A stretch of DNA of 64,000 nucleotides from an uncultured Helicobacteraceae bacterium (GCA_937973585.1 CALJKN010000192.1:28733-92732), one strand, 5' to 3'. Counted from the first letter of the stretch, positions 41,504 through 52,680 are shown. Numbers and translations are program-made. The notes: generated by a model from the sequence alone, not told the origin.

Positions 41504-44500
41504 ATGGAGTGTCCTGTTTGCAATACACAAAACGGCGATGATTCAAATTTTTGCGTCGGATGCGGTACGCCTCTTGTATTTTTATGCCTACAATGCAGAT
41601 GTCGTGCCGATACGGGCGATAAGTATTGCCGTGAGTGCGGACATAGATTGGTTTTGGTCTCGGATACCAAGATAATAGAGTCAAAAAAAACTGCGGTTCC
41701 GTCTAAAATACAAACAAAACAACCGGTTGTAACAGATAGCATTTCCGAGAGGAGAACCGTCACCGTACTATTTGCGGATGTCTCCGGTTTTACCTCTATG
41801 AGTGAAAAACTGGATCCCGAAGAGGTTACGACTATTATGAATAACTGCTTGCAGATGATGGGAGATACGGTTACGGCATACGAAGGGTACATCGATAAGT
41901 TTATAGGCGATTGTATCATGGCGCTTTTCGGAGCACCTACCGCACACGAAAACGATCCAGAATTGGCTGTCAGGGCAGCAATCGACATGATGAAAAAGAT
42001 AGAGGACTATAACAAAACCCTCCCTTTAAAACTAGAAAAACCGCTCGGTCTCCATATCGGGATAAACACTGGACTCGTCGTAGCCGGACAGATAGGCTCC
42101 GATGCAAGAATGGACTATACGGTTATGGGCGATACCGTAAATCTCGCATCCAGACTCGAATCAAGCGCCACAAAAGGGCATATTTTCATCTCATCATACA
42201 CATACCATCAGGTAAAAAACCTGTTTGAGTTTATCGAACAAGAGCCGATTACCGTCAAAGGGAAAGCAGAGCCGGTAGCTGTATATGAGGTTATTAGGGC
42301 ACTCGACGTATCAGAGGTCAAAAATACGGTAACGTCAGATATTCCGCTTGTCGGTCGGATAAAAGAGATAGAGGCTCTCTCCGTGAGTGTAGAGAGACTA
42401 CAAAAAGGTGAAGGGCAAACGATCTTTTTGATCTCTGACCCAGGCTTTGGAAAAAGCAGAATCCAATCTGAGGTGAAAAACAAGTTTAAACAAAAAAATA
42501 CCCAAATCATAGAGGGGAGATGTCAATCATACGGCAAAAATACCGCCTACCATACGTTTATAGACATCTTCAAAAGGGTACTCGGAATCGACTCGGACGA
42601 TACAAAAGAGACCGTATCGTCGAAGCTCTCAATCGGGATATCCCTCTTGATAGGTGAGGACAAAGATAGGCTATCCGACGAGGCCAAGAGCGCCATTACC
42701 CTTATTGCCAGACTCTTTGATATAGATTTGTCGTCTCAGCTAGGTGTTTCGTTTTCGGAGATGTCGGCACAAGAGGTTCATACTGCCACCATAAGGGCTA
42801 TAGGGTGGTTTTTTGCGGCAATCAGCAGACAAAAAGCCACAATACTATCGATTGAAGATCTGCATAATGCCGATAACTCTACGATTGAGGTTATATCAAC
42901 ACTAATATCGGTCTCCAAAAATCACTCTGTGATGCTGCTTTTGATGGTTAGACCGGAAAAAAGCTCTCCGGCTTACAAGTTATTGCCGCTAGCTAGGCGG
43001 ATACTTGGTGATAGAGCCGTAGAGATGACTTTTGAGAGACTCAGCAGAAACGAATGTGAAGCGTTTGTGGGCTTTGCACTCGGAAGTCATGAGATACCGA
43101 GAGAACTTATGGAGCTGATAGGTATGCGCTCGGATGGAAATCCGCTGTTTTTACAAGAGATAGTAAGGTCGCTTCTGGAGCAAAACGTCATCGAACAACA
43201 AAACGGAAAAATAACCGTCAAAAAAGAGCTCTCGAAAGTCACAATCCCAAACTCAATCACGGGACTCGTAATTGCTAGATTCGATCAGCTAAGCCATCTT
43301 CAAAAGGAGATTTTAAGCAGGGCGGCCGTATTTGGTCCGTCGTTTAGCCAAAAGCTGATCGAAGCCACAGTCAAAGACCCCGGACTAAATAATGCCCTGG
43401 AAGAGCTAATCAACTCTGAGATGATTTTTGAATCACAATCATTTCCGGATGTCGAATACTCTTTTCATACGACATTTATACAGGAGGCTATATACGATAC
43501 GCTACTCCTAAAGAGGAGACAAGCACTCCATTTGGAGGCGGCCGAGACAATCAAAGAGGTCTACAAAGAGAGATTACAAGACTATGTTGAACAGTTAGCG
43601 GAGCACTATTTAAAAGGTGGAGACTACGATAATGCCTACAGTTTTTTGGTTCAAAGCGCCTACAAAGCAAAAGGGGTGTACTCAAACGAAAGTGCGGCAC
43701 GATTTTTTGAAAAGGCAATCGAGATAGCGCCTAATATCAAAGAACAAAATCCGTCGGTTGAAAGCCTGTTTGAGCCTTATTCGGAGATTTTAGAACTTCT
43801 TGGAAATATGGAGGGGGCAATATCGGCATGGGAGCATATAAAACAAAATGCTGCCGATAGCACAAAAAAAGCCGATGCCATGAGAAATATCGGACGGATA
43901 GAGGAGAAGCGTGGAAACAAAGAGCGTTCGGTAAAGATATACGAAGAGGCTTTGAAGCTTATATCGGACAATAAAGATAGCATAGAATACGCAAAACTAC
44001 TAATGAACCTCTCGTGGGTTCAAAACCGCTACAGGCAGACGGACGAAGCAATCAAAAACGCATCCGCAGCACTTTCGATACTAGAAAAAACAGAAAATAA
44101 AGAGCTTATAGCATTGTGTTGTAACAATCTTGCTGTCTTTTACGAGGGGCAAAAGGAGTTTGATACGGCACTCTCTTATAACGAAAAAAGCTTAGCACTT
44201 TTTGAAGAGGCAAAAAATAAAAGACAGATCGCAAATCTGGAGCTATCTTTAGGATACCTCAAAACAAAAATAACAAAAAATGAAGAGGCTCTAAAACATT
44301 TCAGCCGCTCTGCCGAACTAATGAATCAGATTGGAAGTAAGTTGGGAAGTGCGGCAGCACTATTGGCAAAAGGGAGGCTGTATGCAGATATCGGTAAGCA
44401 TGATGAGGCAGTTATAGCACTTAGCGCAGCACTATCCGACTTTAGAGATATGGAAGCAAAAAGAAAAGAGGCCGCCACTATCATATCTTTGGTGCAGGTA

Positions 44501-44743
44501 CTCATCGAACAAAAAAACCTTCAAGCCGGATACGACTATATAAACGAAGGGTTGGAGCTTACCGATACGGATGATTTTTTATCGGAGAGGGGAAAGCTAT
44601 ACAAACTATACGGCAGAGGCCTAAAATCAGAACATAAAGCTGCAGAGGCAAAAGAATACTACGAAAAGGCAGTGGAGATATTCGAGAAACTGGGTAGAAA
44701 AAATGATGCAGAGGATGCAAAAAAAGAGGGGAGCGGGGTATAA
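41504..44743 (+). CDS. Zinc-ribbon / class III nucleotidyl cyclase / STAND AAA-ATPase / TPR multidomain protein
   Basis: 1079 aa. N-terminal double zinc ribbon (CPVCNTQ..CVGCG..CLQC..CRECG). Cyclase domain (TVLFADVSGFT, DKFIGDCIMALFGAP, MGDTVNLASRLE). Walker A DPGFGKSR, Walker B LSIEDLH. The C-terminal ~450 aa is TPR-like. Confidence 0.85.
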   Translation: MECPVCNTQNGDDSNFCVGCGTPLVFLCLQCRCRADTGDKYCRECGHRLVLVSDTKIIESKKTAVPSKIQTKQPVVTDSISERRTVTVLFADVSGFTSMSEKLDPEEVTTIMNNCLQMMGDTVTAYEGYIDKFIGDCIMALFGAPTAHENDPELAVRAAIDMMKKIEDYNKTLPLKLEKPLGLHIGINTGLVVAGQIGSDARMDYTVMGDTVNLASRLESSATKGHIFISSYTYHQVKNLFEFIEQEPITVKGKAEPVAVYEVIRALDVSEVKNTVTSDIPLVGRIKEIEALSVSVERLQKGEGQTIFLISDPGFGKSRIQSEVKNKFKQKNTQIIEGRCQSYGKNTAYHTFIDIFKRVLGIDSDDTKETVSSKLSIGISLLIGEDKDRLSDEAKSAITLIARLFDIDLSSQLGVSFSEMSAQEVHTATIRAIGWFFAAISRQKATILSIEDLHNADNSTIEVISTLISVSKNHSVMLLLMVRPEKSSPAYKLLPLARRILGDRAVEMTFERLSRNECEAFVGFALGSHEIPRELMELIGMRSDGNPLFLQEIVRSLLEQNVIEQQNGKITVKKELSKVTIPNSITGLVIARFDQLSHLQKEILSRAAVFGPSFSQKLIEATVKDPGLNNALEELINSEMIFESQSFPDVEYSFHTTFIQEAIYDTLLLKRRQALHLEAAETIKEVYKERLQDYVEQLAEHYLKGGDYDNAYSFLVQSAYKAKGVYSNESAARFFEKAIEIAPNIKEQNPSVESLFEPYSEILELLGNMEGAISAWEHIKQNAADSTKKADAMRNIGRIEEKRGNKERSVKIYEEALKLISDNKDSIEYAKLLMNLSWVQNRYRQTDEAIKNASAALSILEKTENKELIALCCNNLAVFYEGQKEFDTALSYNEKSLALFEEAKNKRQIANLELSLGYLKTKITKNEEALKHFSRSAELMNQIGSKLGSAAALLAKGRLYADIGKHDEAVIALSAALSDFRDMEAKRKEAATIISLVQVLIEQKNLQAGYDYINEGLELTDTDDFLSERGKLYKLYGRGLKSEHKAAEAKEYYEKAVEIFEKLGRKNDAEDAKKEGSGV

Positions 44744-44750
44744 AACCCCG
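44734..44750. terminator. Bidirectional terminator hairpin (cggggt-ataaa-accccg) shared by the cyclase gene and efp
   Basis: 6-bp stem spanning the cyclase stop codon. T-rich tail on the plus strand (tcttatttt) and a T-run on the minus strand a few nt downstream. Confidence 0.55.
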
Positions 44751-44752
44751 TC

Positions 44753-45316
44753 TTATTTTACTTTGTCCAAATATTCGCTAGTTCTGCTATCTACTCTAAT
44801 TTTATCACCCTCAAGGACGTGATAAGGAACCTGAACCGTTAGACCTGTCTCTAGCTTAGCAGGCTTTCTGCTTCCGCTGGTAGTGTCGCCTTTGAAGTTA
44901 GGCGGTGTTTCAACAACCAACAACTCAACAACTTGCGGAACATCTACGGTGATAGGTTTTCCGTTATGGAAAAGAACTTCAACCTCTGTATTTTCAATGA
45001 TAAAATCTTTTGCATCACCGACTTGGTCGTGTGTCAAAGGGTACATCTCATAGCTTTGTTGCTCTATAAAATGCATATAATCGTCATCGGAGTATGAGAA
45101 GTTCATAACCCTTTGCTCAAGATTCGGCTCATCCGCCTTATCACCGGCATGGAAGGTTTTTTCTATAACTTTGCCGTCGATAAGAGATTTTATTTTAGCT
45201 CTTACAAAAGCTGCACCCTTGCCCGGTTTTACGTGTTGATATTCTGTAATTCTATAAGGGATTCCGTCAAGTTCTATTCTAAGACCTTTTTTAAGATCGC
45301 CCATTGAGTATGCCAT
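44753..45316 (-). CDS. efp: Elongation factor P
   Basis: [18 protein letters not shown]...[16 protein letters not shown] 45316 is preceded by AGGAG at 5-nt spacing; the track start at 45319 is a TTG one codon upstream. Confidence 0.95.
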   Translation of the reverse strand: MAYSMGDLKKGLRIELDGIPYRITEYQHVKPGKGAAFVRAKIKSLIDGKVIEKTFHAGDKADEPNLEQRVMNFSYSDDDYMHFIEQQSYEMYPLTHDQVGDAKDFIIENTEVEVLFHNGKPITVDVPQVVELLVVETPPNFKGDTTSGSRKPAKLETGLTVQVPYHVLEGDKIRVDSRTSEYLDKVK

Positions 45317-48300
45317 CAATTCTCCTAGGATTATTTTTTAAGTGCTTCCAATACATTAGAGGAGTTACTACCAAAGTGAGAATTGTAGCAATCATTACCC
45401 CAAAAATCAATGAAACGGCAAGCCCATTCCACACAGGGTCAAGGACTATCACAAACGATGCAAGTGCAATCGCAAGTGCCGTCAGCAAAATCGGCCTAAA
45501 TCTAGTTGCAGCCGCCTCCAAAACGGCATTTTCGATACTTTTACCATCCCCAATCAGCTCATCCGTAAAATCTATAAGCATAATCGCATTTCTGACGACA
45601 ATGCCGGCCAGAGCAATAAATCCTATCATACTCGTAGCGGTAAAATACGTAGGCGTAACAACGTTCATCACCCAATGGCCAAACATTATTCCGATTAAAG
45701 TCAACGGTATTGCGCTCGTAACAATCCCTGGCACTCTAAAGCTTTTGTAGTAAGCAACCATCAATAGGTAAATTAATAAAACCGCAACCCCGAATGCCGA
45801 ACCCAAATCCCTAAACGTATCAAACGTTACCTTCCACTCTCCGTCCATTACGATCCGGTATTTTTTGCCTGTCGCAATCTCGGTCAAATCTACGTTAAAT
45901 CTTGGACTACCGTCCCATTCGGCCTTAAATCCTTCCATTCTAAACAGCTCGCTTCTGGCCTCAAACTGAGCATATACAGAGCCTCTTTTGTCCATCTCAC
46001 CTGTTACTATCGTAACCTCGTTCAAGTCTTTAGAAGTTAATGCCTTATCTCTCGAATCGATACTATATTCTGCAATATCTTTTATAGGTATCAACTCCCC
46101 CGTTGTTCTGGACTGAACGGTTAGATCCATCAAATTCTCTATACTCTCTTTTTGAGCCCTATCCAGTTTTATAAAAACATCGATAGGATCTTTGTCGTCG
46201 GATGTGAGTACTACCGCCGCCTTATCTCCTTCGCCGCCTATCTTTAGAGCGTATGCTATATCTTCAACGCTCACGCCCATTGATGCAGCTTTTTGGATAT
46301 CCGGTTTTATGCTGTATTTTACGGAGGCTCTGTCCCCCATAACGTCGGTATCGACAACACCTTCAGTCTTTTTAAATATCCCTCTGATTTTCTCAGCCAA
46401 AATATCCCTTGATAATTTGTCTCCGCCGTATATCTCAAAAGCCAAGGTTGCCAACACCGGAGGCCCCGGAGGGTCTTCTACTAATTTGATATTGGCATCA
46501 CTAGCCGCTTCGCAAGATTTTACTTTTTTTCTAATATCGCTAACCATATCGCTAGAGCCTAGCTTTCTATCCCCTTTTTCACGGAGATTTACCCTGATTT
46601 CGGCTACGTTGTCTCCGGTTTTAATAGAATTTCCACGGAGTAAGCCGTTGAAATCGGCTATTCCGGTCGTCCCGACAAAGGTCTCGAAATCTTTTATATC
46701 TCTCTCTTTTTTGAGGATATTTTCGATGCACACCGAAGTCTCTTTTGTCTTTTCTAGCGACGAGGAGGTTGGTAAATCTATGGTAATATTAAAAGTATTG
46801 ACATTGCTAGCCGGAAGCATTTTCGCCTTTACAAGCCCTATTACCGGAAGTGTCAGAGAAAGACAGAAAAGTCCGATTACCGAAAACATAAACATATATC
46901 TTTTCTTCCGAACCAAAATCATCGGTCTGACGTAGTTGTCGTAAAACTTATATGTTTTTGTATCCTCAAAAGAAATACCGTGCTCCGCATGGTGTGGTTT
47001 TAAAAATCTATATGCCAACCATGGAGATAGGGCAAAAGCGATAATCAGCGATGAGAACATCGCAACCGGAACGTTAAACGGAATCGGCCCCATATAAGGC
47101 CCCATCATACCGGTAACAAAAGCCATAGGGATAAACGCCAATACAACCGCAACCGTAGCGACGTATGTCGGGTTTCCGACCTCGTTTGTCGCTTTTATGA
47201 TTAGTTTTGCCTTGTCTTTTTCTTTTCCTAACGCAAAATGCCTATGGATATTCTCTATAACAACAATAGCATCATCAACAAGTAGCCCCAAAGAGAGGAT
47301 GAGTGCAAACAGAGTAATCCTGTTTATCGTCTGATCAACAAGCATTCCGGCAAAAAGTGTCAATGCAAATACAAGCGGTATCGTGATTGAAACTATCATC
47401 GCCTCTTTGATACCAAGCATAAAATAAAGAAGTAAAACGATAATGCCGATAGAAATTGCAAGGTGGAACGTAAGCTCTCCAACAACATGTTTTGCTTTGT
47501 AGCCGTCGTTTCTGGTTATAATCAGCTCAACTCCGCCAGGAATAGAACCCTTTAGCTCTTCTATCCTTTTTTCAACTGCTTCGGCAACAAAAACAGCATT
47601 TGAACCCCGTTTTTTTGCCACAAACAGCGTAATCTGTCTACTTTTTTCTCCGCCAATACCGCCAAAAGCTTCCCCCTTGGTTACAAAAGCTTCTTGCTTT
47701 ATATTTTTATTCTCTGAGTCCTCTATCACGGCCACGTCTTTTAGATAGACTATTTTTGAATTTTTAGCCGATACTACTACTTCGTTTAGGGTGTTAAAGT
47801 TTTTTAGATACCCGTCTAGCGTTATGTCAAGGCTCATATTTTTGGTATCTATTTTTCCAACAGGCATAGACGAAGAGGCCGACGAAAGGGCTTTTTGGAC
47901 ATCAAAAACCGTGATTTTGTAAGCCGAGAGTCTCTGCGCATCAAGAGTCACGTTAAACTGCCGTTTATTTTCAGGCTTTATCCCAACGACCGATACGTCT
48001 TTGATTTTACTCATTTCATCGGACAGCTCTCTTGCAACTTTATATAAATCTGTGTTTTGTCGTCCGTTTGATGCTATCGCAACCGTATAGATAGGTACCT
48101 CGTCTATATCCATCGGTTTTACGAGCGGCGTCATCGCATTTTTAGGGAGCAGATCCATATTTTGCATAACCCTGTCGTATAGCTTCAAAAGAGAATTCTC
48201 TTTATTCTCTCCCACCTTAAACTGCACGGTTACAACACCTAATCCGTTTTGCGCCATTCCAAATATATGCTCAACTCCGGTTAACTCGTTTAGTTTTTTT

Positions 48301-48605
48301 GACAACGGCTCCACAACGGCCTTTTGGACATCGGCCGATGAGCCGCCCGGATAGGCTACTATTACACTGGCGGAGGGGACATCTATTTGAGGGTTCTCCT
48401 CTTTTGGGGTAAACATAAAAGCAAAAATACCCATAACCAAAACAAAAACAGCAATAATCGGAGTTAACGGGTTGTTCAAAAAAGCCGAAGCAAGCCGCCC
48501 TGCAAAATTAAGACTGACCTCCTCTTTTAACTCACGCAACTCTTTTTTTGTCCCGTCTATCTCATGGGTTACTGCGTCGCAACTATTGTGTAGTTCTTTA
48601 TCCAT
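45291..48605 (-). CDS. RND efflux transporter permease (AcrB/CzcA superfamily)
   Basis: 1104 aa with the typical 12-TM, two-large-loop layout. Its 3' end overlaps efp by 26 nt. Confidence 0.9.
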   Translation of the reverse strand: MDKELHNSCDAVTHEIDGTKKELRELKEEVSLNFAGRLASAFLNNPLTPIIAVFVLVMGIFAFMFTPKEENPQIDVPSASVIVAYPGGSSADVQKAVVEPLSKKLNELTGVEHIFGMAQNGLGVVTVQFKVGENKENSLLKLYDRVMQNMDLLPKNAMTPLVKPMDIDEVPIYTVAIASNGRQNTDLYKVARELSDEMSKIKDVSVVGIKPENKRQFNVTLDAQRLSAYKITVFDVQKALSSASSSMPVGKIDTKNMSLDITLDGYLKNFNTLNEVVVSAKNSKIVYLKDVAVIEDSENKNIKQEAFVTKGEAFGGIGGEKSRQITLFVAKKRGSNAVFVAEAVEKRIEELKGSIPGGVELIITRNDGYKAKHVVGELTFHLAISIGIIVLLLYFMLGIKEAMIVSITIPLVFALTLFAGMLVDQTINRITLFALILSLGLLVDDAIVVIENIHRHFALGKEKDKAKLIIKATNEVGNPTYVATVAVVLAFIPMAFVTGMMGPYMGPIPFNVPVAMFSSLIIAFALSPWLAYRFLKPHHAEHGISFEDTKTYKFYDNYVRPMILVRKKRYMFMFSVIGLFCLSLTLPVIGLVKAKMLPASNVNTFNITIDLPTSSSLEKTKETSVCIENILKKERDIKDFETFVGTTGIADFNGLLRGNSIKTGDNVAEIRVNLREKGDRKLGSSDMVSDIRKKVKSCEAASDANIKLVEDPPGPPVLATLAFEIYGGDKLSRDILAEKIRGIFKKTEGVVDTDVMGDRASVKYSIKPDIQKAASMGVSVEDIAYALKIGGEGDKAAVVLTSDDKDPIDVFIKLDRAQKESIENLMDLTVQSRTTGELIPIKDIAEYSIDSRDKALTSKDLNEVTIVTGEMDKRGSVYAQFEARSELFRMEGFKAEWDGSPRFNVDLTEIATGKKYRIVMDGEWKVTFDTFRDLGSAFGVAVLLIYLLMVAYYKSFRVPGIVTSAIPLTLIGIMFGHWVMNVVTPTYFTATSMIGFIALAGIVVRNAIMLIDFTDELIGDGKSIENAVLEAAATRFRPILLTALAIALASFVIVLDPVWNGLAVSLIFGVMIATILTLVVTPLMYWKHLKNNPRRIDGILNGRS

Positions 48606-48608
48606 CCC

Positions 48609-49601
48609 CTACTCCGCCTTTTGTCCGTCCATAAGGCTCTCTTTTGGGTTCTCGATCAGCTTTGTACCGCCCAAAACTCCGTCCACAACAGCAAAATCAC
48701 CGCCGGATTTTTTGATTTTGACTGGGATAAATTTCGCAATACCGTTTTGATATGCAAAAACTCCGGTCATCCCCCCTCTTTTTGCTATAACAGTAAGCGG
48801 AACTCTAGCTACAGAATCGTTTGTTGCCTGATTTGATAGTATCTTTACAAACATACCGCTATATAACCCGTCTAACTCTTTTGGTACGGCTCTAAGCATA
48901 AAACCTCTCGAGTTTGCACCGGACGGTGTTATGGAGAGTATCTTTGCCTCTTTTAGTGAGTTTTGAGCTTTGAATTTCACAAAATCGCCGACTTTTAGGT
49001 TTTTTAAATCGCTATCGTATATGTCTGCTCTGATTCTTAGATCCCCTTTGCCGCTAAATAATAGCACCGGTTGTCCAGGATTTGCCAAAGAGGCGACCGT
49101 GAGGTATTTTTTTAGCACCACACCGTCCATCGGAGCCCTCACGACAGAATATCCTAGCTCCCCCTTGGCCTGTGAAGCCAACGCCTGTCCGGCTATATAC
49201 GATTGGTTTTTAACCTCGTAATTGAGCTTTGCCCTCTCATACTCTTTTTCAGACACCACACCTTTTTCAAAAAGATTTTTATATCTCTCCATGTCTTTTT
49301 TGGCATCCAGATATGCGGCTTTGGCGGCGGCGCTATTTGCGGTAGCAGATACTACTCCGGCCTCTACGGATGGGGCATCCACTTCAAACAAAAGTGCCCC
49401 TTTTTTTACAGTTTCACCCTCTTCAACGTAAAACTTTTTGATATATCCGCCTATTTTAGTAGAGACAGCACTTTCGTCTTTTGAGTAGACTACGGCGGAG
49501 AGTTCGGTGAATCCGCTTGAGCCCTTATCTATGGTATACAGTTTTGGAGCGGCGCACAATGATAACGCCGCAAAAGATACAAAAAAAGCAATTTTTCTCA
49601 T
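48609..49601 (-). CDS. RND efflux periplasmic adaptor (membrane fusion protein)
   Basis: 330 aa. Signal/lipobox-like N-terminus, lipoyl-like motif (GGYIKKFYVEEGETVKKGALLFEVD), coiled-coil hairpin, beta-barrel. Confidence 0.85.
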   Translation of the reverse strand: MRKIAFFVSFAALSLCAAPKLYTIDKGSSGFTELSAVVYSKDESAVSTKIGGYIKKFYVEEGETVKKGALLFEVDAPSVEAGVVSATANSAAAKAAYLDAKKDMERYKNLFEKGVVSEKEYERAKLNYEVKNQSYIAGQALASQAKGELGYSVVRAPMDGVVLKKYLTVASLANPGQPVLLFSGKGDLRIRADIYDSDLKNLKVGDFVKFKAQNSLKEAKILSITPSGANSRGFMLRAVPKELDGLYSGMFVKILSNQATNDSVARVPLTVIAKRGGMTGVFAYQNGIAKFIPVKIKKSGGDFAVVDGVLGGTKLIENPKESLMDGQKAE

Positions 49602-49602
49602 A

Positions 49603-50943
49603 TTATTCCTTTACCCCTTGGCCTAGAGCATATTTGTATTCGGCTTTTGCATTTAAATATGCCGCCGTAGCGCCTATCAAAGCTGCTTGCGACAAACTAT
49701 CCTCGGCCTCTTTTTTGACAAGATCCGAAACCGACGTAAGACCGTTTTTGTATTTTATTTTGTAGTTTTCAAAAATATTCGATGCTAGAGCTTTTGCCGA
49801 TTTAGCCTCAGAGAGTTGCAACTCTTTTTGTTTTAGCTCAAGCTCTTTTTGTTTTAGCTCAAATTTTGCAAAACTCTTTGTGGCAGCCTCATCGTATGAA
49901 GCTTTTAAAAATTCGGCTCTGGCACCCTCTGTCTTTGCCGAGGTAGCTCCAAAGTCGGTTATATTGTAGCTAATGCCGACACCGGCAAGATAAAAATCTT
50001 TTGAAGAAGATAGCGTCAAAGAGTTATCGTTGTAACCGTATTTAGCAAATGCAAATACCTTTGGATAAAAATCGGCCGACGACGCATCGCTGATTTTTTT
50101 TGAGGCATCCTTGATAGCAGATTTTGCGGCTATATCGTCTCTTTTTAATTCTATTGTCTTGTTTAGCCGAGGCTCAAAAAAACCGCCTACACCGTCAACA
50201 GCCTCATCGTCCGTCAAAAATTTTAGATAACTAATCGCAACTTCATAGTTTTTTTCCGCTTCAAACAGCCTTGCCCTTGACACAGAATCAGCATACTCTG
50301 CCTCCATCAGGTCTGTTTTTGAGGCTAGCTTCTCTTTTAACATCTCTGACGTATTTGAAACTATCATCTCAACACTTTTTTTAGAAACCCTCATCGCTTC
50401 CAAATACTTTTGCGCCGCCACTGCATTGTTATATGCCCTAAGCGTCTCTACCGCAAGCGCTTTTTCATCTTTTGCCGCAAAAAGTTTTGCCGCCTCTTCT
50501 ATCTTTTTTGCCGCCGCCTCTTGGTTTGAGAGAGCAAAACCGGCAAAAATAGGGAGCTTGTACTCAACAAAGCTCTCATAGTTGTCTCTGGGTTTTGGAT
50601 TGTTGAGCTCATCCGGAGTAATAGAGAGTGGATTTTGACCGGAGGCTTGCGCCGACAAAAAATCTCCAAACCCGAAATCGGCAAATGTAGCTTCTCTGGA
50701 GGAGAGCTTATTCATAAATACATATCCGGCATGATTAGTCCTTGTGTAGTTATGTCCAATATTTAACTCGCCGAATTTTTTTGCCGAAATCTCAGAAACC
50801 CTCGATTTTGCGATCTCAATATCTATTTTTTTCGCTTTTAACGAGTTGTTATTGGTCAAAGCTTTTTCCAAAATCTCTTCAAAGCCATACTCTCTGGCTG
50901 CTAGCAATATAGGTAGATAAAGGGCGAATAGAACCTTTTTCAA
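49603..50943 (-). CDS. TolC-family outer membrane efflux protein
   Basis: 446 aa. Signal peptide and two repeated coiled-coil/beta units typical of OMF proteins. Confidence 0.8.
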   Translation of the reverse strand: MKKVLFALYLPILLAAREYGFEEILEKALTNNNSLKAKKIDIEIAKSRVSEISAKKFGELNIGHNYTRTNHAGYVFMNKLSSREATFADFGFGDFLSAQASGQNPLSITPDELNNPKPRDNYESFVEYKLPIFAGFALSNQEAAAKKIEEAAKLFAAKDEKALAVETLRAYNNAVAAQKYLEAMRVSKKSVEMIVSNTSEMLKEKLASKTDLMEAEYADSVSRARLFEAEKNYEVAISYLKFLTDDEAVDGVGGFFEPRLNKTIELKRDDIAAKSAIKDASKKISDASSADFYPKVFAFAKYGYNDNSLTLSSSKDFYLAGVGISYNITDFGATSAKTEGARAEFLKASYDEAATKSFAKFELKQKELELKQKELQLSEAKSAKALASNIFENYKIKYKNGLTSVSDLVKKEAEDSLSQAALIGATAAYLNAKAEYKYALGQGVKE

Positions 50944-51021
50944 AAAAGCTCCTTAAGAAATTATAATAATTCGTTAATTATAGCATAATGCAGCATTATT
51001 ATCAATATGATGAATGTGGGA

Positions 51022-51039
51022 CTCCCCTTTTTAGGGGAG
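51022..51039 (-). terminator. Hairpin downstream of serA (CUCCCC-UAAAAA-GGGGAG)
   Basis: 6-bp GC stem 37 nt after the serA stop with no clear U-tract. Lies in the 132-bp spacer ahead of the efflux operon. Confidence 0.35.
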
Positions 51040-51075
51040 ACTAAAGCAAGTTTTAAAAAGTATATAGAGGGCGAA

Positions 51076-52659
51076 TCAGATCTCTGCGTATGTAACGCTA
51101 ATGGCCGCTTTTATTTTTCCAAGCTCAGCCAAAACGTCTGTAGTAATATCGTTATCGACTATGATAACGGCTAGTGCTTCTTTGTGCTGGCTCCTGCCGA
51201 GTCTAAAGTCTGCTATATTGATGTTGTGTTTTGCCAAAGTAGCCCCTACATCACCGATTACACCGGGAACGTCCGAGTTTTTAAAGAATATCATTTTGCC
51301 CTTCGGCTCCACGTCAACCTCAAAACCGTTAATATTCATAACCCTTGCCGTATTTTCGTCAAACATCGTTCCGCAAATTGTAGTTATATTGCCTCCGGCA
51401 GTTGTAAGCTTGACACCAATTTTATTTTTGTATCCGCTTGTATTTTTATCTGCTTTTGTAGAGACTTCGACACCCATCTCTTTCATCAAAAACATCGCAT
51501 TCACGTAATTTACGTTTTCACCTACAGACTGACTGGCGGCACCGACGATAGCAAAAGTAGCCAGAGGGTCCAAATAGTCTGCTATCTCACCCTCGGCGGT
51601 TACTTTTATAGACTCGATAGCCCCTTTGTTGATTTGCGATGCCAAAAATGCCATCTTTTGTGCAAGCTCCAAAAATCCTAGAGCAAACTCGGGAACCTCG
51701 CTAACTTTTACAGGCAGATTTAGGGCGTTTGGATACGCAATCCCCCTTGCTGCTTGCAATGCGTTTGTTGCTGCTTCGATTGCTATTTTCTCCTGACTCT
51801 CGAGCGTATTTGCACCAAGGTGAGCCGTAACACAGATATTATCAAGATCCAAAAGCGGGTTGCTCGTTGCAGGTTCTTTGTTAAAGACATCCATTCCGGC
51901 AAAAGATACTTTTTTTGATTTTAATCCCTCATACAAATCCTCTTCGTTATACAGACCGCCTCTGGCGCAGTTTATCAGTACGACACCCTCTTTCATTTTG
52001 GCTATCTCTTTTGAGGTTATCATATTAACGGTCTCTTTGTTTTTCGGAGTGTGAATAGTGATAATGTCGCATGACAAAATGTCATCAAAACTAGTCGTAT
52101 ACGCAACGCCAAGGTCTGTCGCTTTTGTAGGCTTAATATATGGGTCATACGTCACAACCTCCATACCGAATGCCAAAGCTCTCGTAGCAACCCTGCTCCC
52201 TATATTTCCAAACCCTATAACGCCGAGCTTTTTACCGTTCAACTCTCTACCGTACCAATCTTCTCTCTTCCATACCCTCTTGTCTTTTAGTTGCGAATGT
52301 GCATACGGAAAAGTCCTCATGCAGCTGAGCATATGAGCCATTGTAAGCTCTACGGCTGCTATAGTGTTTGCTGTCGGGACATTCATAACTATGATCCCTT
52401 TTTTACTGCAAGACTCTATATCTACGTTATCAACCCCGACCCCTGCCCTTACTACGGCTTTTAGCTTATCGGCTCCGGTCAAAAAATTTACGTCTACGTC
52501 GGTAGAACTTCTAGTAATCGCTATATCTGCGCCTTTGATTAGTTCCGGCACTTTATCTTTCGGTTCATTGGCTATGTTTATATATTCTATATCCTTGGCA
52601 TTCTCTAGGATTTCAAGACCTTTTTTATGAATGTGGTCGCATACAATTATTCTTGGCAT
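51076..52659 (-). CDS. serA: D-3-phosphoglycerate dehydrogenase (long form with ACT domain)
   Basis: 527 aa. Rossmann motif GVIGFGNIGSRV, catalytic R/E/H context (CARGG, TAHLGA), C-terminal ACT. Confidence 0.9.
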   Translation of the reverse strand: MPRIIVCDHIHKKGLEILENAKDIEYINIANEPKDKVPELIKGADIAITRSSTDVDVNFLTGADKLKAVVRAGVGVDNVDIESCSKKGIIVMNVPTANTIAAVELTMAHMLSCMRTFPYAHSQLKDKRVWKREDWYGRELNGKKLGVIGFGNIGSRVATRALAFGMEVVTYDPYIKPTKATDLGVAYTTSFDDILSCDIITIHTPKNKETVNMITSKEIAKMKEGVVLINCARGGLYNEEDLYEGLKSKKVSFAGMDVFNKEPATSNPLLDLDNICVTAHLGANTLESQEKIAIEAATNALQAARGIAYPNALNLPVKVSEVPEFALGFLELAQKMAFLASQINKGAIESIKVTAEGEIADYLDPLATFAIVGAASQSVGENVNYVNAMFLMKEMGVEVSTKADKNTSGYKNKIGVKLTTAGGNITTICGTMFDENTARVMNINGFEVDVEPKGKMIFFKNSDVPGVIGDVGATLAKHNINIADFRLGRSQHKEALAVIIVDNDITTDVLAELGKIKAAISVTYAEI

Positions 52660-52680
52660 TACAATTCCTTCGTAAAGTTG

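Noticed and set aside
41138-41988. Track ORFs 41138..41383(-), 41427..41675(+), 41436..41684(-) and 41485..41988(-) as possible small proteins.
   Set aside because: The first coincides with the nested-helix RNA upstream of purD. The others overlap the promoter region or the 5' part of the well-supported cyclase gene in other frames, and have no motifs or RBS.
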